Shown here piece by piece: positions 13,642-28,107 of a stretch of 64,000 bases of DNA. Each line of letters starts with the position of its first letter. Position 1 is the first letter of the stretch. The stretch lies in the NCBI RefSeq assembly GCF_009914755.1, contig NC_060942.1; one strand, written 5' to 3'. The notes beneath the pieces are model-generated. The model was not told the DNA's origin. It saw only the letters and a list, made by a program, of their open reading frames with translations, and searched no databases. Origin of the DNA: the human T2T-CHM13v2.0 reference genome, Homo sapiens. The translations under genes were made by a program, and so were the position numbers.

Positions 13642-14908
13642 TAGAATTAAATGTTTTCAGCCATGTTTCCACTGATGGGATACCCAGACATGGAGAAACT
13701 AAAGATAGGCTTCTGGAGAGAGGAAAACAACGCATCATCTAGCAGGCTTTCCGCACGTCTCTCATTTTGGCTAATGGTTCCAGGCAGCTATTTTGGTGGT
13801 GTTTGTCCTGTCTTCGTTCTTTTCATCTTATAGGTACCCACAGCATATCAGGGCCTCAATGGGGCAACAGAAATGTATATATGAATAAACAAGCAATAAT
13901 CCTGGCCCTGAAAGGCAACTCATAGCTCAGATGCTCGCCCATATCTGTGTGGGCTTTCCCCCTGCAGAGCTAAGGCAGCCTGACTGCCCCACCAGGACTG
14001 GCATCTCTTTGCTGAAGGCTTGCTTTAGCTTCCAGAAGCCTCTTTGCCTACGCACAGGTGGCAAAAGTGCCAGATCCTCCTCTGGTGATGGACAGGAGTC
14101 AGCGCATAGAGCCTCACTCCTGGGGAAAAACCATGAGATGCATGCTCTTTGCTGGCATGCACAGGTCCCAGGGGCCCACCATGGTAACAGCCCCTCTAGG
14201 CGCTGCTGGCTGCCTGCTCTCTTCCCCACCTACTGTGCTTCCTAGGATCACCTCCCAAACAGCTGGCATGCAAACCCTTGTCAACAGCTCTGCTTCTGAG
14301 GGAACCTAATCCAGGACAACCCCAGATGTCTTGTGGAGACCCCATGAACGGCATGGAGGCATCATAAAGCATGCCCAGGGCATGGGCAAGGGAGCACGGA
14401 GAAGGGGACCCGAGAAGGGGGCTGGAGAAAGAGAGATGTGACCTGGGGCAAAGCGAAGGCAGGGCATTCCCGGCAGATGCAATTGCAAGAGCAGGGCTGT
14501 GAAGGGCTGAACTGGTGCTTGAGGCAAGACGATGATGGCTTGGAATTGTGTTATTTGTGATTTTCTTTTTTCCCTCTTCCTCATATAAACTGCTCTGGGA
14601 CTGGAGAGCAGAGATGTGATGTAGCCTTGAGGAGCAACGGATAGTAGGCGTGGAAAAGACAGCACAAAACAAAGAGCAGAAGGTTTTAAATTATTTTTCC
14701 CAAAACAGGCTTCTTGGAATCAAGGATGAAGCAGAGCACAGAAGCTTCTCTTCTGCCCAGAGGGGAGACACAGGAGGGTCACAGGGCCAGGCGTAGCACA
14801 GAGCATGGGGAAAGGGTAGGACATTGGAACCCTTGGCGGGGGGATGCTGATGCTGGCACACCCTGGAGGCTTGGGTGGTTGCTGTGGAGTGTTTGTTAGA
14901 ATTTTATT

Positions 14909-14972
14909 GTAATCACAGCTTTTGCAATGAAAAGTAATGGCAAAAACCGCGATTACTTTTGCACCAATCTAA
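14909..14972. mobile_element. MADE1 (Hsmar1-derived MITE), one TIR truncated
   Basis: gtaatggcaaaaaccgcgattacttttgcaccaatctaa followed by TA; left arm gtaatcacagcttttgcaat. Confidence 0.88.
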
Positions 14973-15262
14973 TAAAAGCTGCATTAGCTGTTTACCTGGG
15001 CACTGAGGGGTGATACTTCCATGGCAGCTTCACTGCTCAGGCCCATGGAGTGTCCAGGAGACGATGTCCAGACGCCACCCCCCCCCCCCCCACCACCATG
15101 CTGAGCCTGGGCCTCTTCCAGTGCCACATGTGGCCCTCCCCTTCCAGTAGCCGAGGCAATAATCCTCTTTCTCAGAGCTGCATTCAGGGTATGAGAGGCC
15201 CTGGATGGTGGTGGAAACCCTCCCACACCCAGACCCCAACACAGGCTAAATCTGAAGAGTGC

Positions 15263-15632
15263 TGATAAGGTTTGGCTGTGTCCCCACCCAAATCTCATCT
15301 TGAATTATAGCTCCCATAATTGCTACATGTTGTAGGTGGGACCCAGTGGGAGATAATTGAATCATGGGGGTGGTTTTCCCCTACTGTTCTCATGGTTGTG
15401 AATAAGTCTCATGCAATCTGATGGTTTTATAAGGGGAAACCCCTTTCACTCGGTTTTCACTCTCTTTGCCAGCCACCATGTAAGATGTGCCTTTGTTCTT
15501 CCCTCACCTTCCGCCATGAGTGTGAGGCCTCCCCAGTCACGTGCAACTGTGAATCCATTAAAACTCCTTTTCTTTATAACTGACCCAGTGTCAGGTATGT
15601 CTTTACCAGTAGCATGAAAACAGACTAATACA
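15263..15632 (+). mobile_element. THE1-type MaLR solo LTR
   Basis: tgataaggtttggctgtgtccccaccc ... cagactaataca; perfect TSD agtgc. Confidence 0.93.
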
Positions 15633-16239
15633 AGTGCCAACCTGTCTGGGCAAGAAGCCAGCTCTGTACAAGGTGAGGGAAATGACAACTCACAACATGG
15701 GGAGAAAGTAACGACCTTTGAATCACCTCCTCATGCTATGCACCGAGGCCTGCTCATTGTATGTGAACCTATAGATGATATAAATATATGCATATATGTT
15801 ATATAAAAGCTCTGAGATTCACTTTTTAGTTGTCTGAGCATGAATGTGACAATTCAATTGAGCTGCTCTGCAATAAGGATGAAAGGATAAAATTAGAACC
15901 AATTAAAGTTACTTGATGAAACATCTCATAAGCACCATGGAAAATTCCATGTTAAGTGATGGGGTGACCTGACATGTGAAGTCTTGCTGTCTCATCCCCA
16001 GTGCAGAGAAAAAAAATGGGCTGGAGCTCTGAGGCCTGCGAGGTCGGTGGCCAGCTTTGAGGGTAGGGACACAGTAGGACCCTACGAGAAAGGAGAGGTC
16101 AGCAAAAGTGGATGGGGGAGTCTCTTTTGGGTATCTCCTCCTGTGCTTTGATATTTTTCCCAGAGGTTGCTGGGGCTTATCTTTGGGGTGCATCACCAAA
16201 AATATCCTTCCTAGAAGATAGAGTGATGGATAAGACACC

Positions 16240-16390
16240 CGAGAGTCAGAAGATGTGATTTCGGGTGCTGGCTTGGCCACTGAGTCATGAACAACTCCTG
16301 GTAAACTCACTGAACATCTCTGCATGGAGTTCCCTCATTTGGAAAAGCAGGATTAAGATGTCTGAATTACTCTCCTGAATTATTGTCAAG
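16240..16390 (+). mobile_element. MIR fragment
   Basis: gagtcagaaga...tcactgaacatctctg...ctcatttggaaaa core. Confidence 0.55.
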
Positions 16391-16412
16391 CTTTTAACTG
16401 CTTAATCCACAT

Positions 16413-16706
16413 ATATTTTTTTTTAAGACAGAGTCTTGCTCTGTTGCCCAGGCTGAAGTGCAGTGGCACGATCTTGGCTCACTGCAACCTCCGCCTCCTG
16501 GGTTCAAGTGATCCTTATTCTTCAGTCTCTGGAGTAGCTGGGATTACAGGCACGTGCCACCATGCCAGGCTATTTTTTGTATTTTTAGTAAAGACTGGCT
16601 TTCACCATGTTAGCCAGGCTGGTCTCGAACTCCTTACCTCAGGTGATCCGCCTGCCTCAGCCTCCCAAAGTTCTGGGATTACAGGTCTGAGCCACCTCAC
16701 CCGGCC
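16413..16706 (-). mobile_element. Alu (AluS-like)
   Basis: TSD ttaatccacat at 16402-16412 and 16707-16717. Confidence 0.95.
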
Positions 16707-17177
16707 TTAATCCACATTTGGAAGAATTAACAGCTCCTTACAAATGGAGGAGGCCAGCGGTACATTATCAACATCAACATCTCCACCTCCACCACTCTTA
16801 GGGCCATGCTCTCTGGTAATCTATGGGAAGAGATGCAGGAGTGATCCTCCCTAGCAAGTCTGCATCCCAAGAGGCATATTTCTTGAGATGCAACATTTCC
16901 ACCCAGAAGTTTGACTTTCTGGGTTTGTGACCAAAGGATAAAGAGTGTTTTGTGACAGGTGAGCATTTTGGTTCCCTGACCTCAAATCACATAGGCAGCA
17001 GTTTATTGTACCTGTGAGCAGGCCTGGACCTGCAAGGAATGTACTTCCTCACATTTAAAAGGTGATGTTTCCATTTCTTTGTATCACTTGCATTTTGGCA
17101 GAACTGGACATTGCAGGAAAATGAGTTTGAATGTAGGCTTCTTCCCTGGAATGCTTTGCATTTAAATAACTGCTTTA

Positions 17178-17495
<318 letters not shown>

Positions 17496-17844
17496 TTAGA
17501 TATTCCTTTTCCAGAATTCTTGACCTGGAGTTCTTCCTTGGTGACTTGGTCAAGGATAAGCACTTAAACGGAGGTATCCCCATGTGTGTTGTACTGGTCG
17601 CTTATGCCACCAAATCTCAGGGAAACATTGGTGAAGATGGAGACAATACTTCTGTAAGCTTTGGCCATAGCTACGTGTAACTTGAATATAAAAGCAAGGG
17701 GGGTCCACATGGGCCAGTCCCCTGTAAACAGTTGTACCAAATCCTAGCACCAAATATGATTAAAAATCAGTCCAAAATCTCTATGTCCTGGTTACATCCC
17801 AGACCAATTCAATCAGAAGCTCTGGGGTGAGACCTAGCATCATT

Positions 17845-18126
17845 TTCTTTTCTGTTTTTGTTTAGTTTTTGAAACAGAGTCTTGCTCCATCACACATGCT
17901 GGAGTGCATAGCTCACTGAAGCCTCGAACTCCTGTGCTCAAGTGATTCTCCTGCCTCAGCTTCCTGAGTAACTGGGACTACAGGCACACACTACCATGCC
18001 TGGCTAATGTTTTGATTTTTTGTAGAGATGGGATCTTGCTATGCTGCCCAGGCTGGTCTCGAACTCCTGGCCTCAAATGATCTGCCTTCCTCGACCTCCC
18101 AAAGTGCTAGCCACAATGCCCGACCC
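17845..18126 (-). mobile_element. Alu (AluJ-like) inserted in a MER5-like fragment
   Basis: Antisense Alu; flanks ctagcatcatt / ctggcatcatt; MER5-like cccagaccaattcaatcagaagctctgggg upstream. Confidence 0.88.
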
Positions 18127-18372
18127 TGGCATCATTATTTTCTGACACTCCCTGATAGTCCAATGCCCAGCTAAGATTTAGAAAGATTGATTTGGTGGGT
18201 TGAGGAGGGAAGGGCTGTTTGAGAAAGTGATATTTGAATGGAGATATAAAAGATAAGGAGAGAACCAAGAAAAAAGTTTCTGGAAAAATGCCAAATAAAA
18301 GGTACAAACTGAGAGGCTTATTCCAGTAATTGAATGAAATTCAAAGAAAAATGCCATATTTGCCTTTTACAC

Positions 18373-18671
18373 TTTTTTTTTTTTCTTTTTGAGACTGGGT
18401 CTCACTCTGTTGCCCAGGCTGGAGTGCAGTGGTGTGATCTCAGCTCCCTGTAGCTTCGAACTCTTGAGCTCAAGCCATCCTCCCACCTCAGCCTCCTGAG
18501 TAACTGGGACTACAAACACATGCCACCATGCCTGGCTATTTTTTCTGTTTTGTAGAGACGGGGGTCTTATCGTGTTGTCCAGGCTGATCTTGAACTCCTG
18601 GGCTCAAGTGATCTACCTGTCTTGGCCTCCCAAAGTGCTGGGATTACAGATGTGAGCCACCATGCCTGGCC
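18373..18671 (-). mobile_element. Alu (AluJ-like)
   Basis: Antisense dimeric Alu with poly-T. Confidence 0.93.
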
Positions 18672-19524
18672 TAAAACTTCTTATTCTTTAGGTAATACTG
18701 GCCTAAGGACCAAAGATAATGCCCAGTATCCCCAGACCTGACGGTGAGCCTTACCTCACGATTCAAACTGAGCAGGAGGATCTTTCTAAGGAGGAGCCTC
18801 CTCTTCCTCCAGGATATTTAAAATAGGGCTTGGTGGAAGAGAATTTTGCTTGATCCGGGTTTTCAGGATGCCACCTGCTACATAAAATGAACATACAGGG
18901 CATTGGGGGCTCAAGGAGGTGAAATCGCTAGGGCAGAGAAGAAGGTAGGGGCAAGTAGATTCATCTCATTAAGTTCTCCCGTGCGAGGCAGTTTTTCTTC
19001 CTCGTCTGAAGTCCACCACTGGGAGGGAGAGAGGAGGAAGGTAATTCGTGGACACAGAACCACATCTAATTTAAACTCTTGGTCTGGTGTGGCAAGGGAT
19101 TTGTTTGAATTATTGATTTCCTGTAACACAGACTTAGAAACAATAGTAAAGACTACATTGATCTTCAAGACCATATCATGAGGCACTATTAGCAAGATGT
19201 GCAAATACAGACATAAGTGATAAGCCAAAACTCTCCTGGGAAGCCATAACAGTGCCAAGGGAACCAACTTTTTAGAGTGAAAATTTCTGTTGATTGTTAG
19301 AAATGTCTGAGGCTACCTGCAAACAGTGGCTCCTACAGTTGAAATGCATCTGCCTGACAGAGATGCCTGGATTTTCCTAGCACGAGCTGTTCTCTGCCGT
19401 CCCCCTTCAGCCGGCTGCTACCCCGTAGAGCCCTGAGGAGGCTGTGTCAAGAAGGAAGTTTCCAGATGCTGGAATGGATCAGCCTAGTTTGCTTTCTGCT
19501 TTCTTTCTCCCTTCTGTCTCTGGG

Positions 19525-19886
19525 TATCTCAGTCCATTCGGGCCACTATAACAAAATACCACAGACTGGGTAATTTAAATTACCCAAAAATTTGTTACCA
19601 TTCTGGAGGCTGGGAAGCCCAAGATCAAGGTGCTGGCGGGTCTGGTGTCTGGACAGAGCTGGCTTCCCGGTCCATAGATGGTGTCTTCTCAATGTTATCT
19701 CATATAGTGGGAGAGATGAGGAGTTTCTCTGGGGCCTTTTTTATAAGGGCACTAATCCTGTTCATGAAGACTCCACTCTCCTGACCTAATCACCTCCCAG
19801 AGTCCCCATCTCCTAATACCATCACCTTGGGGGTGAGGATTTCAAATATGTACTTTATGGGGGACATAGACATTTAGTCCATTGCA
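19525..19886 (-). mobile_element. MLT1A-type MaLR solo LTR
   Basis: tatctcagtccattcgggccactataacaaaatacc ... catttagtccattgca; perfect TSD ctggg. Confidence 0.9.
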
Positions 19887-20689
19887 CTGGGTCATTCATG
19901 CCTTCCCAGGATTTGCTCCTGAGCCCCTCTAGACCTGTGCCTTGCTGGTGTCCCAGTGCCCTCTCCTGCTTGTTGGTCCGGAGATGCCTCACATGGTCAG
20001 GAACCCTGCTCTCTGCTCCTCCATCCTGCCTCCTGTCTGAGCAAGCACTATGCTCTTCAGGTTCCAGATGTTCAGCCCATGCCCATGGCTGAATCCCAGT
20101 GCCCCATGAAGCCCACAGAAATAAGCCTGGACCCCTGACCAATCAGCAAAGCCCCTGCCTTATGCATGTCCCCAGCCTGCTGCTCCTCCTCCATGGCTCA
20201 ATGTAATATCTCTCCCGTTTCAGGAATATTTGCTAGTTGTTTCCCAACATCATCTTAGTCTTGCTTCTGAACCATGGTTCTTGAGAGTCTCCCCACAGGG
20301 AGTACCTTTCTTTCTTTGCTGATCTCTCACCTCCCTTTATGCCCTGTTCAAAATTCACCTTTTTCTGAAAGATGGAAAAGGAGCAGAAATCTGGAAGAGC
20401 TATTGATCAAGCTGCATTTACCTAAAAACAGCGTGGGGATGAAGTAGAGAGATTAACTCTCCAAACTCTTGTAGCTGGTAATTGTCAGAACCAAGATTGG
20501 AGCCCAGCGGTTTTATTCAGACTAGGTACCTTAGTCTCGCAATGCTGCCGTCCTGCTTTAGAAGGCTCTTCAAGTCCGTTATCTCATGCTAAGGGATCTA
20601 AAGAAGCCAGAGATTTTTAACCAAACCAAATTGCCATAAGCAAGAACCTCTACCTCTCCATCAGAGAACACCAGCATGGATGGGTCAGA

Positions 20690-21830
<1,141 letters not shown>

Positions 21831-21858
21831 AGACTGGAAGCAGCAGAGCTGGGGGAAG

Positions 21859-21941
21859 TTCACAGCTGGCATGCTGCACAGCTCCAGGAGGCAACGTTCT
21901 CATTCTCCTATATAAAGAGCAGCCCCTAGGATTGTGCAAGG
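21859..21941. mobile_element. MER91-like palindromic DNA-transposon relic, copy 1
   Basis: tgcacagctccaggaggca...gcagcccctaggattgtgca imperfect internal palindrome; family name from recall. Confidence 0.55.
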
Positions 21942-22050
21942 AGGTGACTGTACCCAGATTAATCTTACCCCTTTCTGCCCTAGGCTTCTTAGTAATTTTA
22001 GAATCAGCTGGGCAAATATGGAGAAGGAAGCAAGGCTGGGTTTTTGCCAG

Positions 22051-22714
22051 TGTATTAGAGTTCTCCAGAGAAACAGAGCCAAGAGGATATTCATATAACA
22101 GGTCTCGTTATAAATCTTTTTATATATAATATATAGACATGCTCAGGTGTGACAGTTCTAACATTCATAGCTGGCGTGCTGCACAACTCCAGGGGGCAGC
22201 ATTCCCATTTTCGTACATGAAGAGCAGCTCCTGGGATTATGCAAGGAGGACATACATATATAATATATAATATTTAATATATAAAAAGCTTTATTGTAAG
22301 AAATTGGCTAGTGGGCTTATGGAGGCTGGGAAGTCTCACAATCTGCTGTCTGCAAGCTGGAGACCCAGGAAAGCCAGTGGTGTAGTTCCAGTCTGAGCCC
22401 AAAGGCCTGAGAATCAGAGAGCCAATGGTGTTAAGTCCCTGTCCGAGGACAAGAGAAGATCAATGTCTGTCTCGAGCAGTCAGAGAAAGTGAATTCTCCC
22501 TTCCTCCACCTTTTTTTTTTTTTCTATTCAGGCCCTCAATGGATAGGATGAGGCCTTCTCACAGTGGGGAGGGCCACCTGCTTTACTGAGTCCCCCAATT
22601 CAAATGTCAGTCTCCTCCAGGAACACCCCCATAGACACACCCAGAATAATGTTTAATCAAATATCCGGGCACCCCATGACCCAGTCAAGTTAACACTTAA
22701 AACTGACCATCACA
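22051..22714 (-). mobile_element. MLT2-type (ERVL) solo LTR with an insertion in its TA tract
   Basis: tgtattagagttctccagagaaacaga ... aactgaccatcaca; flanks gccag/gtcag. Confidence 0.88.
22164..22246. repeat. Second copy of 21859-21941 (69/83 identical, ungapped)
   Basis: Direct manual alignment. Confidence 0.9.
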
Positions 22715-23149
22715 GTCAGTTACTTATAGAGCCACCAAAAAAGGGTCGGGGAGAGTGAAGACTAGAAAAGATTCTTGAAAGAGATGAGGAGAAGTGGAGA
22801 TAAGTATTGTACCTCAAGTACTTCCCAAGGAAAGGGAATCGGCTCTGAGCTAGGAGAGTAGCTTGAGGACAAGAGACGGGAGGGTGACTTCAGGGTGCCA
22901 CAGTCAGAAGAGGGGAGGCCAGGTGGGTTGGTGTAGGGCTTCTATGTTAGATGAAATAAGCAATGGGTTTTCACTAATCCTCATCCTCAAATTCACCAAT
23001 ATGAACAAAATGAATGAACTTTGTGGAAGTACATGCAATGCACAGAGAAATGAAAAACAGCTACAATCCCAGTCACAAGTCTGAGATGAGTATCTGCAGC
23101 TAAACATGGACCACACATGTGAATTGGATGGGGGAGGACAGAGATGACA

Positions 23150-23300
23150 CAGCAATTGATTCAAATATTTTTTGAGCACATACTATGTGCCAGACACTTC
23201 TAGGTGTTAGGGATGCATCAGTAAACAAAAGAGAGAAACATCGCTGTCCTCATAGAGCTTACATTTGAATGTGGGAGACAAACACTAAAGAAAATAAACC
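23150..23300 (-). mobile_element. L2 3' end fragment
   Basis: caaatattttttgagcacatactatgtgccagacact. Confidence 0.7.
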
Positions 23301-23871
23301 ACATAGTATATCAGAGGATGGTACAGAAAATGGTACGAACTAAGTGTGGGAATTTAGCAGGGAGGGAAGATGAGAGCTCAAGGCAGTGGTATCATTTGTT
23401 TTCCATTTCAATAAGCTGGTCCAAGTGCTACAGTTTGAAATTGGCCCTGAGTCAGAGAGCACTGAGGACAGCTTTTCCACTTAGGATGCTGAGGTCACAC
23501 CGTGGAAGGGCTGGGACAGGGAAAAGGCAGCGTGGCCACCTCCTGGGTCCTGGGATTTGGGGACAGCTGTGCTACAGATGATGATATGTATCTTTCCAGC
23601 TTTTGAGAAAGGGAGAGATTTCTTTAAAACTATGGGAAAGGAAGCCCAAGCATGCAGATGATTCTCTTTCTTTGGGAATGGTGAGAGCTGGAGGTGTGGG
23701 TGGGCTCTGAGAAAGCTGGGGAATATTTCTGTGAGCCAGGTGCCCACCATGATGCCAGGGGAAAAGGTGGCACCAGAGGGGCAGTACAGACACCATCTCT
23801 ATTCCACTGACCTGGACTTTGAGCCTGAACAAACGCCTGGAAGTGGATGTGGCAGTGAAAGATGAGGACCC

Positions 23872-24741
23872 TGTTATGGGCTGAATCATCTCCCCCTAAG
23901 ACTCCTCTGTTGAAGCCTACACCTCAGAATGTAGCATTAATTGAAGAGAGGTTAGTTACCAAGAGAAAGTGAGGTCTGCAGGGTGGGTCTTGATCCAATA
24001 TGACTGCTGTTCTTATAAAAGGGGGAAATTTGATCTGGGCACAGTGGCTTATTCCTGTAATCCCAGCACTTTGGGAGGCTGAGGTGGGAGGATCTTTTGA
24101 GGCCAGGAGTTTGAGACCAGCCTGGGGAACATAGGGAAATCCCATCTCTACCAAAAAAAGAAGGAAGAAAGAGGGAAAGGAAAAGAAAGGAAGAAGGAAG
24201 AAAGAAAGAAAGGGAAACGGAAAGGAAAAGAAAGGAAAGGAAGAAAGAGAAAGGAAAGGAAAGAAGGAAAGAGAGAAGGAAGGAAGAAAGGAAGAAAAAG
24301 ATTAGCCAGGCATGGTGGTGAGTGCCTGTAGTCCTAGCAACTTGGGAAGCTGAGGTGGGAGGATTGGTTGAGCCTGGGAGGTCAGGGCTGCAGTGAGTCA
24401 TGATCACAGTGCTACACTCCAGCCTGGGCAACAGAGCAAGACCCTGTATCAAAATAAAATAAGGAGGGGAAATTTGAACACAGACATGCACACAGGGAGA
24501 GCGCTATGTGAAGACTAGAGTTATGCGGCTGCAGGCCCAGGAACTCCCAGAAGCTCGGAGAGACAGGACAGAGGCCCCAAACAGATGCCTCCCCGGCACC
24601 TTCAGTGGCAGCACGGCCCTGCTGGCACCTTCATCTATAGGGACTTCTGGCCTCCAGAACTGGAAGGCAATTCATCCTGATGTTCAAGCCACACTCCCGG
24701 TGTGGTACTTCATTTCAGCAGCCCTGGGATTATTCAATACA
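23872..24741 (+). mobile_element. MLT1B/C-type solo LTR, split by Alu
   Basis: tgttatgggctgaat ... gacttctggcctccagaactg ... caataca; flanks gaccc/gacac. Confidence 0.85.
24032..24461 (+). mobile_element. Alu (AluJ-like) with ~150-bp GA-rich expansion in the linker (24153-24300)
   Basis: Both arms present; TSD-like ggggaaatttga on both sides. Confidence 0.92.
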
Positions 24742-25985
24742 GACACCAAAGAAAGTCCTGAGGGGAACTGATCACTGGAAAGTAGCAAGCCATGAGCTTG
24801 CCATTCCACACAGCTGCAGAGGGAGAAAGAGGAAAGGCCGGGGCAAAGCGGGCAGTGGAGGTGAGTTCTCTCAGCCAAATGGTCTCTGATGCTTCTGGGC
24901 CCTGCAACGGGAGCTGATAGACTGGCTTTTCTTGATCGTATGTAATCAAAACCAAGTGACTTTTGAAAAAAAGTCTCTGAGATGATTTCTATCTGGGACT
25001 GTGTGGGTCTCATGAAAAACAGAATTTTTAAAATGACTGATGTATTGGCACAATTAGTGCTTGTAAATATTTGTTCGTTTGAAGGCTGTGCCCAGTGATC
25101 TCACAGATGAAACTGGCTTCCATCTCGCCTCGCAGCTTTTACAAAATAGCAATAGCAGGCTCTCAGAGGGTTTCAGATCTGCCGCAGCAAAGAGTTGGAA
25201 GATATATCCTGTGCTGGGAAGCATGAGAGGTTTTTGTGTCTCTTTGATTTTTTTTTTTTTTAAGTAGTTAAGCTCAAGCACATCTGCAGATCTAAATGGG
25301 GGAGAAATGCCATCCTGTTCACTTTGGCATCTGTGGTCAGAAGGAGCAGAACATACACCAGGAAAACAAGCCAAGACCGGGTTGTTGGCAGGCCCCTCCC
25401 AGCTGCACCCAGTTGAGCACATGCCTGATACACGCACAAAACCGTATGTCTGTTTATAATAGAAGAGAGAGCACTTTATAATTAGAAAATAATTGTTGCT
25501 TCTTTGGGCATTCTCTTTCATTAGACTCTATTGAAACCCCCTGCTCTTAATGAAGCTTGTCAGATGCATGGCTGAGAGGCAGTACAAGAAAAGAACACGA
25601 GATATGAATACCAGCTAGCCAGCCACGCATCCAAAACCAGGACGTTCCAGACAGGATACCCACTGGCAAGAAGTCATCCTTTCCCTGCCATCCTCATTCA
25701 TGAGAAACGTGCTGTTGAAAACACAGGCCCCTTGTAGTGAAGCTTTCACTCGTTTTTCTGATCCACCCGTCAGGGAGCTCCATGGTTGAGCCCTTCTGGA
25801 GACTAAGTCATATATGTAAATGACCACCCTGCAGGCACCAGGAAGGGACACAATCCCCAGCTGGATCCACGGCGCTTCCTGGCTCAGTCCCTGGGTTGAG
25901 CATTCATTGTATTTAGTCTTCCTAACACTGCACATTTATGAAGACAAATGGGAAAATCAAGAGGACTGGATGTGTTCCAAATTGA

Positions 25986-26555
<570 letters not shown>

Positions 26556-27193
26556 TAAAGATGAAATCAGATTACAATAAACAAAAAAGGGACTTCTAAA
26601 ACAGCATCTGTGAAAGGAGGCTAGGATGGCTCCATCCAAGAGAGGCACCCCCTGGGCTGACCGCAAAACATGAAATCTGGGAGTAGGAAATCCTTTTCCT
26701 CCACTCTCTCTCCAAATGAAGATTCAAGGCCAGCTGGAGGGGAAGAGGGGTGGCTTTTTCATCCTTTTCACAGGATGGTTTTGACTTTCCATTTCATACT
26801 TTTCTGTAATTTGTTTTTAATTTTTCAGACTTGTGTTGACATTATTTTGATAATTACAAATCATTACCCAAGACAGTACCCTAGTCTGTCAAGAAGGCCT
26901 TGGTCACACCCACACTGAGATACAGCTAGATGATTAGACACATAGATAAATCCAATCAAAATGTGCACTGTACCTTTTGCTATTGTGGAACTTTCTAGAA
27001 CTTCACTGCTAAACACATCTGTAAGATCTCTGTGGGCAAAGCAGGCTATAGGCTGCCTTGTAGAAAAATAAGCATTTTATAATCTGTAAGCCATGGGAAC
27101 CACTTCAGCAGAAAGGCTAGAAAGGGCAGATTTTCTGAAAAAGATGACAGGTGACTAAATGAAGTATTTTCTCCTTCAAATCCCTTTACAAAA

Positions 27194-27704
27194 GAAAAAT
27201 CCCATTTGTGGTTCCTTTCTTATCAAAATCTGGTGCCTGAGAGTAGTATATAGCATGTGTATATATATATATATATATATATACATACACACACACACAC
27301 ACACATACTATTGTGTATATATATACACTAAGTATATACACTATAAGTATATATAATATATATACTATATATGTAAGTATATATAATATAGGTACACACT
27401 ACATATATATGTAAGTATATATATAAGTATATATAATATATATACTTATATAATATAATACTGCATATATACACGATAGTATATAGTATAAATACACTAT
27501 ATACTATATGTAAGTATATATACTATATATAAGATATATATATAAGATATATCAGGTACCAGATATATCGTATATATACTTATATATAATACATACTTAT
27601 ATATACTTATATACTATATATACACTATATATACTGTATATACACTATATACTATTCTCAGGTACCAGATTTTGATAAGAAAGGAAACACAAGTGGGATT
27701 TTTC
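27194..27704. repeat. 60-bp inverted repeat around a 391-bp (TA)-rich low-complexity tract
   Basis: Arms 27194-27253 and 27645-27704, 56/60 identical as reverse complements. Confidence 0.92.
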
Positions 27705-27713
27705 ATGTATGTG

Positions 27714-27753
<40 letters not shown>

Positions 27754-27816
27754 TACACACATACGCACTATTCTCTAAGCATAAAAATACAAAAAAGTAC
27801 AAAAATATATATATAT

Positions 27817-28107
27817 ATTTTTTTTTTTTTGAGACAGGGTCTCATTCTGTTGCCCAGGCTGTAGTGCAGTGGTGCAATCTCAGCTCACTGCAACCTCTGC
27901 CTCCCAGGTTCAAGTGATTCTCCTGCTTCAGCCTCAGTAACTGATTATGGGCGCCTCCCACCACACCCAGCTAATTTTTGTATTTTTAGTAGACACAGGG
28001 TTTCACCATGTTGGCTGGGCTGGTCTCGAACCCCTGACCTCAAGTGATCCACCCACCTTGGCCTTCCAGAGTGCTGGGATTACAGACGTGAGCCACTGCG
28101 GCTGGCT
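27817..28107 (-). mobile_element. Alu (AluS-like)
   Basis: Antisense Alu whose tail runs into the TA tract. Confidence 0.93.

Noticed and set aside
14881-14892. gctgtggagtgt matching the start of pre-miR-122; also cacactcca at 46678-46686
   Set aside because: No continuation or hairpin; short matches and 7-mer seeds occur repeatedly in the window, as expected by chance.
25020-25520. Unique segment with FOX/NFI-like words and a 155-aa ORF
   Set aside because: No recognisable protein motif; enhancer status cannot be judged without conservation or chromatin data.
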